Assembly (NCBI GenBank): GCA_019057385.1
Contig: JAHQJS010000006.1
Coordinates: forward strand, 837,038 to 901,037
DNA length: 64,000 nt
Direction: 5' to 3'
DNA from: Candidatus Borrarchaeum weybense
GTDB taxonomy: Archaea; Asgardarchaeota; Sifarchaeia; Borrarchaeales; Borrarchaeaceae
Positions 9,885 through 19,601 of the stretch are shown piece by piece. The position numbers and the translations under genes are program-made. Below the pieces are notes generated by a model. The model saw only the letters and a program-made list of their open reading frames with translations. It was not told the DNA's origin and ran no database searches. Numbering within the stretch: the stretch's first letter is position 1; each line of letters starts with the position of its first letter.

Positions 9885-11090
9885 ATGTCAAGCGCAGATC
9901 TAGCGTTCATATTTGTCTGTACGGGTCTAGTATTTATAATGACTCCTGGCTTAGCGTTGTTCTATGGAGGTCTATTACGTAAGAAAAATATGCTTTCAAT
10001 GATGGGAATGTGCTGGATTTCTATTGTAGTTGTGAGTATATTATGGTTTATAGCAGCATACAGTTTAGCATTTGCACCAGATGCAGGCGCAGGCTTTGTT
10101 GGTGGCTTAGATTTCATTGGTTTAAATAAAGTTAGCATTGAACCCTATGATGTATACACTTCAGGCATACCGCACTTATTGTTTATGGCATTTCAACTAA
10201 TGTTTGCTATTATAACAGTGGCAATTGTTGCAAGTCCTTTTGCTGATAGAGTTAAATTCCGTTCTTTCGTAATTTTTATAGCTATTTGGCTATTTGCCGT
10301 TTATGCCCCCATATCTCATTGGGTATGGGGCGATGGTGGTTTCTTAGGTGCAATTGGAGCTTTAGATTTTGCAGGTGGTACTGTTGTTCACATTAATGCT
10401 GGATTCACAGCATTAGCAGTAGCATTAGTAATTGGACCTAGAAAAGGTTACCAGGATGAAGCATTTGAACCTTCTAACATCCCATTCGTACTACTCGGGA
10501 CAGGTCTACTCTGGTTAGGATGGTTTGGCTTCAATGGTGGTAGTGCGTTAGCAGCAAATGGGATAGCAGTCTTAGCAATGTTCAATACACACCTTGCAGC
10601 AAGTGCAGCAGCATTAGTTTGGTTAACTATTGACTGGTTCCGAACTGGTAAAGCGGGTACTCTCGGTATAGTAACTGGTGGATTAGCTGGTTTAGTGGCC
10701 GTAACTCCGGCTGCAGGCTTTATCACTCCTTCAGCAGCTCTAGTGATAGGTATAGTCGTAGCAATTGTTTGTTACATTGCATTTGACTTACGTAATAAAT
10801 CAAGTATAGATGAATCCTTAGACGCTTGGGCTGTTCACGGAATTGGTGGAATCTGGGGTGCCTTAGCAACTGGGATCTTTGCTTCAGTTGGAGCTACAGG
10901 GTTAATTCTAGGCAATGCTGGGCAACTTTGGATACAATTAATTGGAGTTGTTGTGACAATTGTCTACGCTTTTGGAGTCAGTTTAGCAATTGCATTGGCA
11001 ATTAAGTACACCATTGGACTGAAAGTCAGTGAAGAAGAAGAATATGTAGGCTTGGATATTTCCCAGCACGGTGAAAAGGCATTTACTTAA
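9885..11090 (+). CDS. amtB: Ammonium transporter
   Basis: MTPGLALFYGG, FQLMFA, DFAGGTVVH, WFGFNGGS, GLDISQHGE. Confidence 0.96.
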   Translation: MSSADLAFIFVCTGLVFIMTPGLALFYGGLLRKKNMLSMMGMCWISIVVVSILWFIAAYSLAFAPDAGAGFVGGLDFIGLNKVSIEPYDVYTSGIPHLLFMAFQLMFAIITVAIVASPFADRVKFRSFVIFIAIWLFAVYAPISHWVWGDGGFLGAIGALDFAGGTVVHINAGFTALAVALVIGPRKGYQDEAFEPSNIPFVLLGTGLLWLGWFGFNGGSALAANGIAVLAMFNTHLAASAAALVWLTIDWFRTGKAGTLGIVTGGLAGLVAVTPAAGFITPSAALVIGIVVAIVCYIAFDLRNKSSIDESLDAWAVHGIGGIWGALATGIFASVGATGLILGNAGQLWIQLIGVVVTIVYAFGVSLAIALAIKYTIGLKVSEEEEYVGLDISQHGEKAFT

Positions 11091-11105
11091 GATATATGCA
11101 TAGAG

Positions 11106-11456
11106 GTGAGTAATTTGAAAAAAATCGAATGTTATATTAGACCAGAAAGACTCGAAAAAGTGAAAAAAGCACTTTTTGCTTTAGGAGTTAAAGGCATGAG
11201 TATTACTGACGCAAAAGGCCACGGACATCAGGGCGGAATAAAGCTAACGGGAAGAGCTGGAGATTATGTTGTTGAATGGATCGATAAACTTAAACTAGAG
11301 CTTGTTGTGAGCGAAACAATGCCACTTGAAAAAATAATGGATATCATTGTAGAAAATGCGGCAACAGGAAAACCAGGCGATGGTAAAATCTTCGTTCTTC
11401 CTGTTGAAGAAGCGATCAGGATACGGACACGTGAGACAGGAGAAGGAATCTTATAA
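11106..11456 (+). CDS. glnK: PII nitrogen regulatory protein
   Basis: KGHGHQGG T-loop, TGKPGDGKIFV, RIRTRETG; directly downstream of amtB. Confidence 0.93.
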   Translation: MSNLKKIECYIRPERLEKVKKALFALGVKGMSITDAKGHGHQGGIKLTGRAGDYVVEWIDKLKLELVVSETMPLEKIMDIIVENAATGKPGDGKIFVLPVEEAIRIRTRETGEGIL

Positions 11457-11784
11457 GCATTATCACTTTTTTAAGTGAAATCAGAAAGGGTTGTGATGAT
11501 AGGAAAACGTAGGGATCCAACAGCTCCTTTTTTCCTTATCTTCTCCACCTATTTTTTTAATTTTTTTTCTATTGTTTTGAGTCATCTTGAGTTTTTAGAA
11601 ACGAAATGAGAATTCATTCCAATATTCTCATCTGTTAATAACAGAATCCAATAATAACGATTCTTTTTTTAATAGGTTAGCACTAAGCCTAATTGATGTG
11701 TCAAAATCGAAAGGGGATTAAGTCTATAATCCTATATTATATGACGAGTTTTGTGATTTCTTTCAACGAGGGGTGAAAAGCCTT

Positions 11785-12078
11785 ATGGCAACATCAAATG
11801 TTTCTTCAAAAAAGAAGAAAAGTGCTAAGTTCATAATACCAATAAATGTGCCTGAAGAAGGTGAAGCAGGCGAAACTGGGACTTGGAGGTCACAAAGACC
11901 AGTTCTTATTCCTGAAAAATGTATAGGCTGTTTTAGTTGTTGGTTATTCTGTCCTGAGGTAGCAATTAAGAAGACTAACCCCATTGAAATCGACTTGCGA
12001 TTTTGCAAGGGATGCGGCATCTGCGCACAGGAATGTCCCGTTAAAGCCATTATAATGGTGAAAGAGGAGGAGGAGTGA
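11785..12078 (+). CDS. porD: 2-oxoacid:ferredoxin oxidoreductase delta subunit (2x4Fe-4S)
   Basis: TGTWRSQRP, CIGCFSCWLFCP, CKGCGICAQECP. Confidence 0.93.
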   Translation: MATSNVSSKKKKSAKFIIPINVPEEGEAGETGTWRSQRPVLIPEKCIGCFSCWLFCPEVAIKKTNPIEIDLRFCKGCGICAQECPVKAIIMVKEEEE

Positions 12079-12081
12079 GCA

Positions 12082-13281
12082 ATGAGTCAGGAGATAATTG
12101 CTACTGGAAATTCTGCAGCAGCCTTAGCAGCTAAAATGGCTAAAGTTCAAGTAATTTCTGCCTATCCAATTACACCTCAAACCTCGATCGTTGAAACTCT
12201 CTCAGAGTGGATTGAACGCGATGCATATCCCATAAAAGCCAAATATGTGCGAGTCGAATCTGAACACAGTGCACTAGCAGTAGTTACAGCAGCGAGTGCT
12301 ACAGGTGCAAGGACATTTACTGCGACAAGTAGTCATGGCTTAGCTCTCATGCATGAAGTCCTACACTGGGTAGGAGGCGGAAGACTTCCTATTGTGATGG
12401 CAGTTGTCAATCGGGCCCTTGGACCTCCTTGGAGTGTCTGGGCTGATCATACTGATTCACTATCTCAAAGGAACACCGGTTGGATTCAATTTTATGCAGA
12501 CAATAATCAAGAAGTTTTTGACACAATCATTCAATCTTATCGCATTTGTGAGGATTCAGATGTTCTCTTACCAGCTATGGTTTGCCTAGACGCGTTTATT
12601 TTATCCCATACAGTAATGCCCTTTAGTATCCCCAGTCAAGAAGCTATAGATTCGTTTTTACCTTCATATAATCCCGAACACGTCTACTTAGATCCTAATC
12701 GACCTGCTGTGCTATACCCGATGGTTTTTCCAGAGAGTGATCCAGGATACCCTGGATTTATGGACTTCCAATACTTGAGGCATAGAGCAATGGAGAATGC
12801 AAGAATAAAGATTAATGAGGTGGACAAAGAATTCGAAAAACTCTTTGGAAGATCGCATGGAGGCATGATAGAGCGCTATAGATGTGATGATGCAAAGTTC
12901 CTGATTTTAAGTATGGGAACATTGTCTTCAGAATCTAAAATGGCAGTAGATAGACTGAGAGAGCAGGGCTACAAAGTCGGAAGTGTTAAAATTCGTGTAT
13001 TTCGACCATTTCCAAACGAAGAATTACGAGATGTTGCAAATGGCAAAACACTTGTAGTCATAGATAGGAACATTTCATTTGGAAATGAAGGCTGCCTGTT
13101 CACGGAGGTAAAAGGAGCATTATACAACCTTAAACAAAGACCAAATCTATTCGGCTTTGTAGCAGGACTGGGTGGAAGAGACGTAACACAAATGCACATA
13201 GAAAAATTTGTGAAAAGATCCATAACTGCAGCGGAAAAAGGCGAAGCTCAAGAAAAATTTGAGTTTATAGGATTGAGGTGA
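12082..13281 (+). CDS. porA: 2-oxoacid:ferredoxin oxidoreductase alpha subunit
   Basis: AYPITPQT, ESEHSA, TATSSHGL, GLGGRD. Confidence 0.94.
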   Translation: MSQEIIATGNSAAALAAKMAKVQVISAYPITPQTSIVETLSEWIERDAYPIKAKYVRVESEHSALAVVTAASATGARTFTATSSHGLALMHEVLHWVGGGRLPIVMAVVNRALGPPWSVWADHTDSLSQRNTGWIQFYADNNQEVFDTIIQSYRICEDSDVLLPAMVCLDAFILSHTVMPFSIPSQEAIDSFLPSYNPEHVYLDPNRPAVLYPMVFPESDPGYPGFMDFQYLRHRAMENARIKINEVDKEFEKLFGRSHGGMIERYRCDDAKFLILSMGTLSSESKMAVDRLREQGYKVGSVKIRVFRPFPNEELRDVANGKTLVVIDRNISFGNEGCLFTEVKGALYNLKQRPNLFGFVAGLGGRDVTQMHIEKFVKRSITAAEKGEAQEKFEFIGLR

Positions 13282-13285
13282 GAAG

Positions 13286-14176
13286 ATGGGTGTCAAGACA
13301 ATTATTCCAGAAGAAGAATTCATTTTAGGAGGGAATAGAGCGTGTCCTGGCTGTGGAGCTGTAGTTGCGCTTCGTACAGTAGCTAAAGCATTAGGTAAAG
13401 ATGTGATTCTAGTTATTCCAGCTTCATGTGCTACAATAATCTCTGGTAAATTTCCGGCTACCCCGTTCAAGTTCCCTGTTTTGAATATGCCATTTGAAAC
13501 TGCGGGAGCTGCAGCCTCAGGAGTTGTTGCAGCATTGGAAGTTATGGGAAAAGATGATATTACAGTAGTAAGTTGGGCAGGTGATGGCGGAACCGCTGAT
13601 ATAGGTCTGCAGGCTTTGTCAGGAGCTGCTGAAAGAGGTACAAATTTTATCTATATTTGCTACGACAATGAAGCATATATGAATACAGGAAATCAGAGAA
13701 GCGGTGCAACACCCTTCGGTGCATTAACTACAACAACTCCCACAGGTAAATTTGAATTAAAAAAGGATATGCCGAGGATTATGGCAGCACATGATATTCC
13801 CTATATAGCTACAGCTTGTAGTGCATTTCCTGAAGACTTATTTCAAAAGGTAAAGAAAGCTAAAACTTTTAAAGGACCACGGTACATCCATATCTTGTCG
13901 ATGTGCCCGACTGGTTGGAGAGTTGACTCAAGTCTTTCGATTGCTGTTGGAAGAAAAGCAGTTTCTACAGGTATGTGGATTCTTTACGAAATTGAAAACG
14001 GGCAACTTACACTAACTGGTAAGAGCAAGTATCTTGTTAACCCAGCAAAAAGAGAACCAATCGAGGAATATCTGAAGTTACAGGGCAGATTTGCACATAT
14101 TACTGATGAAGAAATTGAACAACTCAAGAAGATCAGAGAAGAAAAATGGTCTAAACTATTATCGTGTACAGAATAA
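13286..14176 (+). CDS. porB: 2-oxoacid:ferredoxin oxidoreductase beta subunit (TPP-binding)
   Basis: ACPGCG, GDGGTADIG, YDNEAYMNTG, CPTGW. Confidence 0.94.
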   Translation: MGVKTIIPEEEFILGGNRACPGCGAVVALRTVAKALGKDVILVIPASCATIISGKFPATPFKFPVLNMPFETAGAAASGVVAALEVMGKDDITVVSWAGDGGTADIGLQALSGAAERGTNFIYICYDNEAYMNTGNQRSGATPFGALTTTTPTGKFELKKDMPRIMAAHDIPYIATACSAFPEDLFQKVKKAKTFKGPRYIHILSMCPTGWRVDSSLSIAVGRKAVSTGMWILYEIENGQLTLTGKSKYLVNPAKREPIEEYLKLQGRFAHITDEEIEQLKKIREEKWSKLLSCTE

Positions 14177-14267
14177 GTCGGTTAATGCAAATAGTTCGAC
14201 CATAGGTCTTAATAACTATTTACAACTCTTTTATACTCTTAGATCTTTTCTTATTTGTGATAATAGC

Positions 14268-14518
14268 GTGAACTACCACCCTACAAGTAGGCTGGCTTCC
14301 TGAATCATCCATTCCCCAACGGGACATGTCAAACAGGCTCGACGGGCAGTTCCTGCCCTGAACTTGATGGTAATTTGAGAACTGGCGAGTGTGACCTCAA
14401 CTCAATTCTACCTACTATTAAGGTGCAAAGACCTATTTAAAGATTGGAGACCGTTGTGAAAGTGAAAACAAGCAATTCATCCCCCAAACTAGTTGGGTGG
14501 TCTTCTTGCGAAACATCT
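14268..14518 (-). mobile_element. Non-autonomous IS200/IS605 mini-element (family B) carrying a TnpB-type omegaRNA
   Basis: Minus strand: TTTAT|AGATGTTTCGCAAGAAGACCACCCAACTAGTTTGGGGGATGAATTGC (left-end hairpin), TTTAAATA, GGGCAGGAACTGCCC..GAGCCTGT, then CAGGAAGCCAGCCTACTTGTAGGGTGGTAGTTCAC (right end). Confidence 0.82.
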
Positions 14519-14545
14519 ATAAAATTAAGATAGCCGTTAATTCTA

Positions 14546-15127
14546 TCAGATCAGCGATTCCATGATTAGCGAAGATATACTTGAAAATACAGTTGCAATA
14601 TTTTCCCCTGTTTTTGAACTCGTTTTGAAAAAAAATGACTGATCAAGACCTATAGACAATAAAAACTGATTAATTAGATCATCTGGTATAATATTATCTC
14701 CATTCTCTTTTGCAAGATCACTTTTAGTTCCAATGAGCAAAATAACGGGGTTTTTAGTATGATCTTTAATCAATTTTATCCACTCATGTAAATTGAGTAG
14801 ACTTGAAATGCTTGTTAAATCGAAAGCTAGGATGACTCCATGAGCGCCATTGCAATAAGTGGGGAGGAGAAAGCGAAACCTTTTTTCCCCGCCGAAATCC
14901 CAGACCTGAAGCTTAATCGTTTCATCAAACGTGTGGTTTGCTTCACATATAAGAAAACCTACACCGATGGTCATCTTTGTGTCGACATTGAACTTTCCAG
15001 TGGCATGCCTGTTTATTAAAGTAGTCTTTCCTACACCGCCTTCGCCAGCTACAATTACCTTAAAAATATAAGTACGTTTCTTGTTAACTTTCACATTTGT
15101 TTGGTGGATTTCTTTTGCGCGCGCCAA
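14546..15127 (-). CDS. Rab/Ras-like small GTPase (Asgard eukaryotic-signature type)
   Basis: G1 GEGGVGKT, G2 TIGV, G3 WDFGG, G4 TKSD, G5 TSSK; no C-terminal prenylation Cys. Confidence 0.92.
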   Translation of the reverse strand: MARAKEIHQTNVKVNKKRTYIFKVIVAGEGGVGKTTLINRHATGKFNVDTKMTIGVGFLICEANHTFDETIKLQVWDFGGEKRFRFLLPTYCNGAHGVILAFDLTSISSLLNLHEWIKLIKDHTKNPVILLIGTKSDLAKENGDNIIPDDLINQFLLSIGLDQSFFFKTSSKTGENIATVFSSISSLIMESLI

Positions 15128-15167
15128 TCTGAATACCCTTTAAAAATTTATTCCTAATTCTTATTTG

Positions 15168-15248
15168 AATTAAGAATAGATAAAAAGAATCTGGTAAAAC
15201 TCTCCGTTTAATTAAGAATAGATAAAAAGATTATAGTAAAACTCTCCG
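15168..15248. repeat. Imperfect 39-bp direct repeat (42-bp period) upstream of the GTPase gene
   Basis: AATTAAGAATAGATAAAAAGAaTcTgGTAAAACTCTCCG at 15168-15206 and a near-identical copy at 15210-15248. Confidence 0.85.
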
Positions 15249-15751
15249 CAACACAATCAGTTATTATGTCTCAATAGATTACTTTAAAAGCCTATTTTAA
15301 AAGCAAAGAATTGTCGGGCGCTCCATTAGGGATTATTATATACAAATGCAAGTGGCAGATCATGGGCAAAATAACTTAAGCATAACATTTATCATAGAAT
15401 TCGAAGATGTACAATAAAATTCTCTTTAGTAGCTAAGAGTGATTCCAATGACAAAACGTGAAAAGCCACTTATAACAACAAATCAATTTGGAACTAGTTC
15501 TTTAATTTCTTATTTGTTTGATCAAGAAATGCTTAAAGAATCTGTTAATCTGCGGTATGTGAAAAATGAAGAATAAATCGTTACTCACTATTTCTCACAT
15601 TTACAGTTCATCTATTTTCATCAAATATCGTTTTATTTTATATTAACAATTTTTTACGATATTTTGGGTTTGAAATTTGAAGTATTAATACAATATCTTT
15701 TTGTTTTCCCCTAAGAAAAAATTAAAATCTCCAAAGATTCTTTCGTAGACT

Positions 15752-16699
15752 ATGAGTTATCTAGTTATTGATTTTCATGTACATCCAAAAAGAAGTTCAA
15801 AATTAATCATAAATGAGATTCTCGAAGAAATGGATATTTCAGGCGTCTCCCATAGCGTTTTATTAGGGAAAGATTTTGGAGGATCTATAAAGAGGCCGGA
15901 GATTAAGAACTGGATAAAAGACGCCTTTTTAAAGAGTGATGTGGCCTCCCATTACTGGCCAAATGGTGTATCAAGTCGGTCGTTTTCACAACTTGAGGAA
16001 GCATGGCGTGAATTGGAATATTATCTTAAGGAAAGAGCCTCTAGTTCCCCTACCTCTCTTAAAGAATTGGCAGAAATAGTTAATACCCATCCTGATAAAT
16101 TTACTGGCTTTGGATCAATTAATGTGCTGCAAGATGAAGAATATGTTACAGAAAAGTTAAGAGAATTGAATACACTTCAATTAAAGGGATTAAAAATTTG
16201 GCCTTTTCTTTTCAATCCTTCTGAAAATGAGAATCTTAGAATGGTCTGTGAAGATTTTGAAAAACGTAGAAAGATTCTATTAGTGCACACAGGTTGTGGT
16301 CCTGGTCCATGGGAAATCCCTGAATTAGCAAAATATTGTAATCCGAAATATTTGGAACCTCTTGCTAAGGATTTTAATGATCTTCCTATTGTTTTAGCAC
16401 ATTCTGGATATTACAGTCGCGATAACCCTGGAATTTTCTTTAAAGATGCCCTTGAACTCTCCAGAAAACATGAAAATGTTTGGCTTGAGGTATCCGCGGT
16501 ACCAGATGTTGTTACAGATCCTATCTTAGCAGATAAAGTAAAAGATGCTATTGGTGGATTCGATCGAGTTCTGTTTGGAAGCGATTATCTCGAATATATG
16601 CAGATAACTGTCCATGTAATTAAAAAAGCACGTCATTTAAAAGATGAGGACAAGGCAAAGATACTCGGGCTAAATGCGAAACAACTTCTTGGGCTATAA
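15752..16699 (+). CDS. Amidohydrolase-2 family metal-dependent hydrolase
   Basis: IDFHVH, GLKI, LVHTG, VLAHSG, VLFGSDY, ILGLNA. Confidence 0.9.
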   Translation: MSYLVIDFHVHPKRSSKLIINEILEEMDISGVSHSVLLGKDFGGSIKRPEIKNWIKDAFLKSDVASHYWPNGVSSRSFSQLEEAWRELEYYLKERASSSPTSLKELAEIVNTHPDKFTGFGSINVLQDEEYVTEKLRELNTLQLKGLKIWPFLFNPSENENLRMVCEDFEKRRKILLVHTGCGPGPWEIPELAKYCNPKYLEPLAKDFNDLPIVLAHSGYYSRDNPGIFFKDALELSRKHENVWLEVSAVPDVVTDPILADKVKDAIGGFDRVLFGSDYLEYMQITVHVIKKARHLKDEDKAKILGLNAKQLLGL

Positions 16700-16753
16700 G
16701 CATAGTGATTAGAATGTGAGAACTCTTTTAATGTCCTAAAAAAGAAAAAAAGA

Positions 16754-17437
16754 TTAGGGCATCGATCTTATAGCAAGTTTTTGCTTTCCGAACCAACTAA
16801 AGGCAACGATCAGTGGGATCAAAGCAATCATTATGGTACCTAAACACCTGCCACCACCGCCATCACTAGTGTAATCCACAACTAATTGAGGCTCCCTATT
16901 GGTTTCTTTTGTACGGAATGAAACCCATGGCGACTTTGACTGTTCACTTTCATCTATTTGTAGCACAATGCTAATTGTTGTATCCTTTTTGGCGATGCTT
17001 GTCACATCCCATTCATGCCATTCTCCCGGTTCTGCGACAGAGACCGTGTCTACAGCATCACCTGAAGTATCTGGTGCATTTGCCCATGTAATCTCTAACT
17101 CTTCCCACGTATTATCAGGACAGTAAAAGGCACCTATTTTAGTTGTCTCCGTAACAACAACTGTATGTAATCTCAATGTTGCTGAATTAATAGTTGAGCC
17201 ACTTGGCACCTCAGAAAGATTGAATTTTAAGTAGGCACGACGTTCTATATCATCAAAAAAGGTTCTATTTTGATATGTCACGCGTAAAACATCTTGGCCT
17301 CCGAAGTTACTAGTGGATTTTTCTGAATTAATAAATGAATCGGCAATTGGTTCTAAAGTCTTTGTTTCTGCTTTAGCGCTAGGAGTTAGCAAAAGAATAC
17401 CTAATATAAACACAGCAAATATAAGCGGTTTTTTAAT
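16754..17437 (-). CDS. Secreted DNRLRE/CBM96-like domain protein with C-terminal Gly-rich-Cys + TM anchor
   Basis: ADSFINS..NFG, RAYLKFNLS, SATLRL, W.E..ITWANAP, WDVT; C-terminus GGGGRC-hydrophobic-KQK. Start inferred at ATT after a GGAGG RBS; the ORF track extends it to 17524. Confidence 0.78.
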   Translation of the reverse strand: MKKPLIFAVFILGILLLTPSAKAETKTLEPIADSFINSEKSTSNFGGQDVLRVTYQNRTFFDDIERRAYLKFNLSEVPSGSTINSATLRLHTVVVTETTKIGAFYCPDNTWEELEITWANAPDTSGDAVDTVSVAEPGEWHEWDVTSIAKKDTTISIVLQIDESEQSKSPWVSFRTKETNREPQLVVDYTSDGGGGRCLGTIMIALIPLIVAFSWFGKQKLAIRSMP

Positions 17438-17513
17438 TTCTTCCGCCTCCTTATTTTTAGTATAAAAATCATGAAAGCTAATACTATTTAACATTTCAAA
17501 TATAGGGCAAAAA

Positions 17514-19394
17514 TTACAAAACAAATATCATTATGCTGCTATTCTCAAATACTTTTGCAAAGCTTCCTTCGAAAAACTGTAGTTTATCCTCAGGAAGTGT
17601 ATCTAAGACGACAAATAAGAAACTCGAATTGTATTTTTTAATTATCATCTCAGATTCTTGATAACTTCCTTCACCAAACACTATTAAACTCTCATTTATC
17701 CTGAGTGCGCGCTCCTCCTCTCTGGTAAGAGAGTAATAAGAAACGTAACCTAACGCAACTTTGTTTCCTGATAATGCGGGTATTTTCCTTGAAACATCTT
17801 CTGGGGCATAAACAATTTGGGAATTTTCTGTATTCTCTGCTAGCCACATAATACCTTCGTATTCATCTCCATCAACAATGAAATGTATCGGTGTCTTTCG
17901 CAGATTAAAAATGAAGAAACCAACTAATTGTGAAGTGAAAAGACCAATAAGAAGAATAAGAATAAATAAAATCCGTGCTTGAAATCGTGTAGGTTTTAGT
18001 TTTCTTAATCTATCGAAGAGTTTTATTTTGGATTGATTAGCAGAAAATAAATCAAACTTAAGAAATATGTATTCAAGAGCAAAAGGCGCATAGAAAAAGA
18101 ATGCATAGAACAAGAAATTTGTCTGACGAAATAATACCTGATATTCTATTCCTACCCACTGTAAATTGCCAATAACCATCCCCCAGAACCCCATAACTGC
18201 AGGAATTCCAAACTTATCCAAAGTTCCTTTTTTATATAGCCAGTAGACCCCTAGTACTGCTAATAGAAATACTAGGCCATAAGCCTCAAATATCTCCCAT
18301 GGATATGGCCATGATGGTCTTCCTGAAGGAGTTCTCAATCCCCATCCAGCACCTGTTGTTTGGCTTTCTAATACCCAGAGCGTAGACCCTCCTCCAGATA
18401 GGTTCAAAAGTACTGGTATTGTGACGAATGAACCAATTAGATGCCCAATTAAGAGAATTAAGAATTCACTTGAAATTTTCTTATCTCTAAAAAGCCTGAT
18501 AAAGAGTAAAATGAGGAATATCGCACTAAAACCTAGTGTAGAAAGATGATGTGTTATTATTGCCAGTCCTAAAAAGCCACCCGAGATGCCAAGATATTTC
18601 CAGTCGGTTAACCTCTCTATTTTCTTATAAAACAAAAGACTAAAGAAACCAAAACTGTATGAGAGCTTTGAATTTCTTTGAGTAAATAGATTATGTCGTA
18701 GATCCCAGTATTCAAACATCACAAAGTTTATCTTCTCTTTCACAAATGGGTCAACGTTTAAATTCGTGTTTCCTGTAAGGATACTCATTATTCCTACTTG
18801 TACTGTTCCCCAATTGAATATAAGTATGCCTAACAAACGAATCCAGGATAATGAATACGCAAAAACGGAAAAAAATAGTGCTAATCTGGCTTGTTTTTTG
18901 TTATTGAATATCGTAAGGCAAAGCATGTAAAATGCATAATGAAACAAAAACTGTGCGATTATATTCATTATATGCTGCGTCCAAAAAGAAGGGAGATTAA
19001 ATGCTTCACCAATAAGCAAACAGGTCCAAAAAAATAATGGTGGTTGATGTAATAAGGGTTCTGTAATATCTGCGTTATAAGGATCGCTGAAAGGATAAAT
19101 TCTGCCAGTTCTAATTTCTTCAATTACTGCAACTTCACCCCATCCATCTCCGAGTAATCCTACAAAAACATTCCCATCTCTTGCTGCAAATACAAGCCCA
19201 AAGATGATTAGAATGATTATTAACAATGAATTGAACAATGAAAGAAGGACTGGATGCGTTAAGTATCTAACCCATTTATTTTGGAAGTCATAATCATCAA
19301 AAAGCAGTTTAGCCATTATAACACCATCATTCTTAGGAGAGGACCAAACACTTAGTAGATTCTTTTTTTTACGTACTTTTCGAATTTGGTTCAT
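17514..19394 (-). CDS. Polytopic GT-C-fold glycosyltransferase-like membrane protein
   Basis: About 12 TM helices, HQPPLF loop, C-terminal soluble domain (WLAENT...IPALSG); clustered with the PMT gene. Confidence 0.6.
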   Translation of the reverse strand: MNQIRKVRKKKNLLSVWSSPKNDGVIMAKLLFDDYDFQNKWVRYLTHPVLLSLFNSLLIIILIIFGLVFAARDGNVFVGLLGDGWGEVAVIEEIRTGRIYPFSDPYNADITEPLLHQPPLFFWTCLLIGEAFNLPSFWTQHIMNIIAQFLFHYAFYMLCLTIFNNKKQARLALFFSVFAYSLSWIRLLGILIFNWGTVQVGIMSILTGNTNLNVDPFVKEKINFVMFEYWDLRHNLFTQRNSKLSYSFGFFSLLFYKKIERLTDWKYLGISGGFLGLAIITHHLSTLGFSAIFLILLFIRLFRDKKISSEFLILLIGHLIGSFVTIPVLLNLSGGGSTLWVLESQTTGAGWGLRTPSGRPSWPYPWEIFEAYGLVFLLAVLGVYWLYKKGTLDKFGIPAVMGFWGMVIGNLQWVGIEYQVLFRQTNFLFYAFFFYAPFALEYIFLKFDLFSANQSKIKLFDRLRKLKPTRFQARILFILILLIGLFTSQLVGFFIFNLRKTPIHFIVDGDEYEGIMWLAENTENSQIVYAPEDVSRKIPALSGNKVALGYVSYYSLTREEERALRINESLIVFGEGSYQESEMIIKKYNSSFLFVVLDTLPEDKLQFFEGSFAKVFENSSIMIFVL

Positions 19395-19601
19395 ATTAGT
19401 TTAAATGAAAATGTTGCTGTTGCAAGTCAAGGGAGTAGACTATTCACCTGATCATAGTTGCGTGGTAAACTTGCGTTTATGATGATTTAGAAGTTGTTAA
19501 TAAAAAGTTATTGTGAAATAATAGATTTTTCAATCAAAAATGAGTTGTTTTGCCAGATTTTAGAGAACCTGAAATTTAATATAATGTCCAAATTCACGGT
19601 C

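Noticed and set aside
15168-15248. CRISPR array
   Set aside because: Two copies separated by 3 nt; no spacer.
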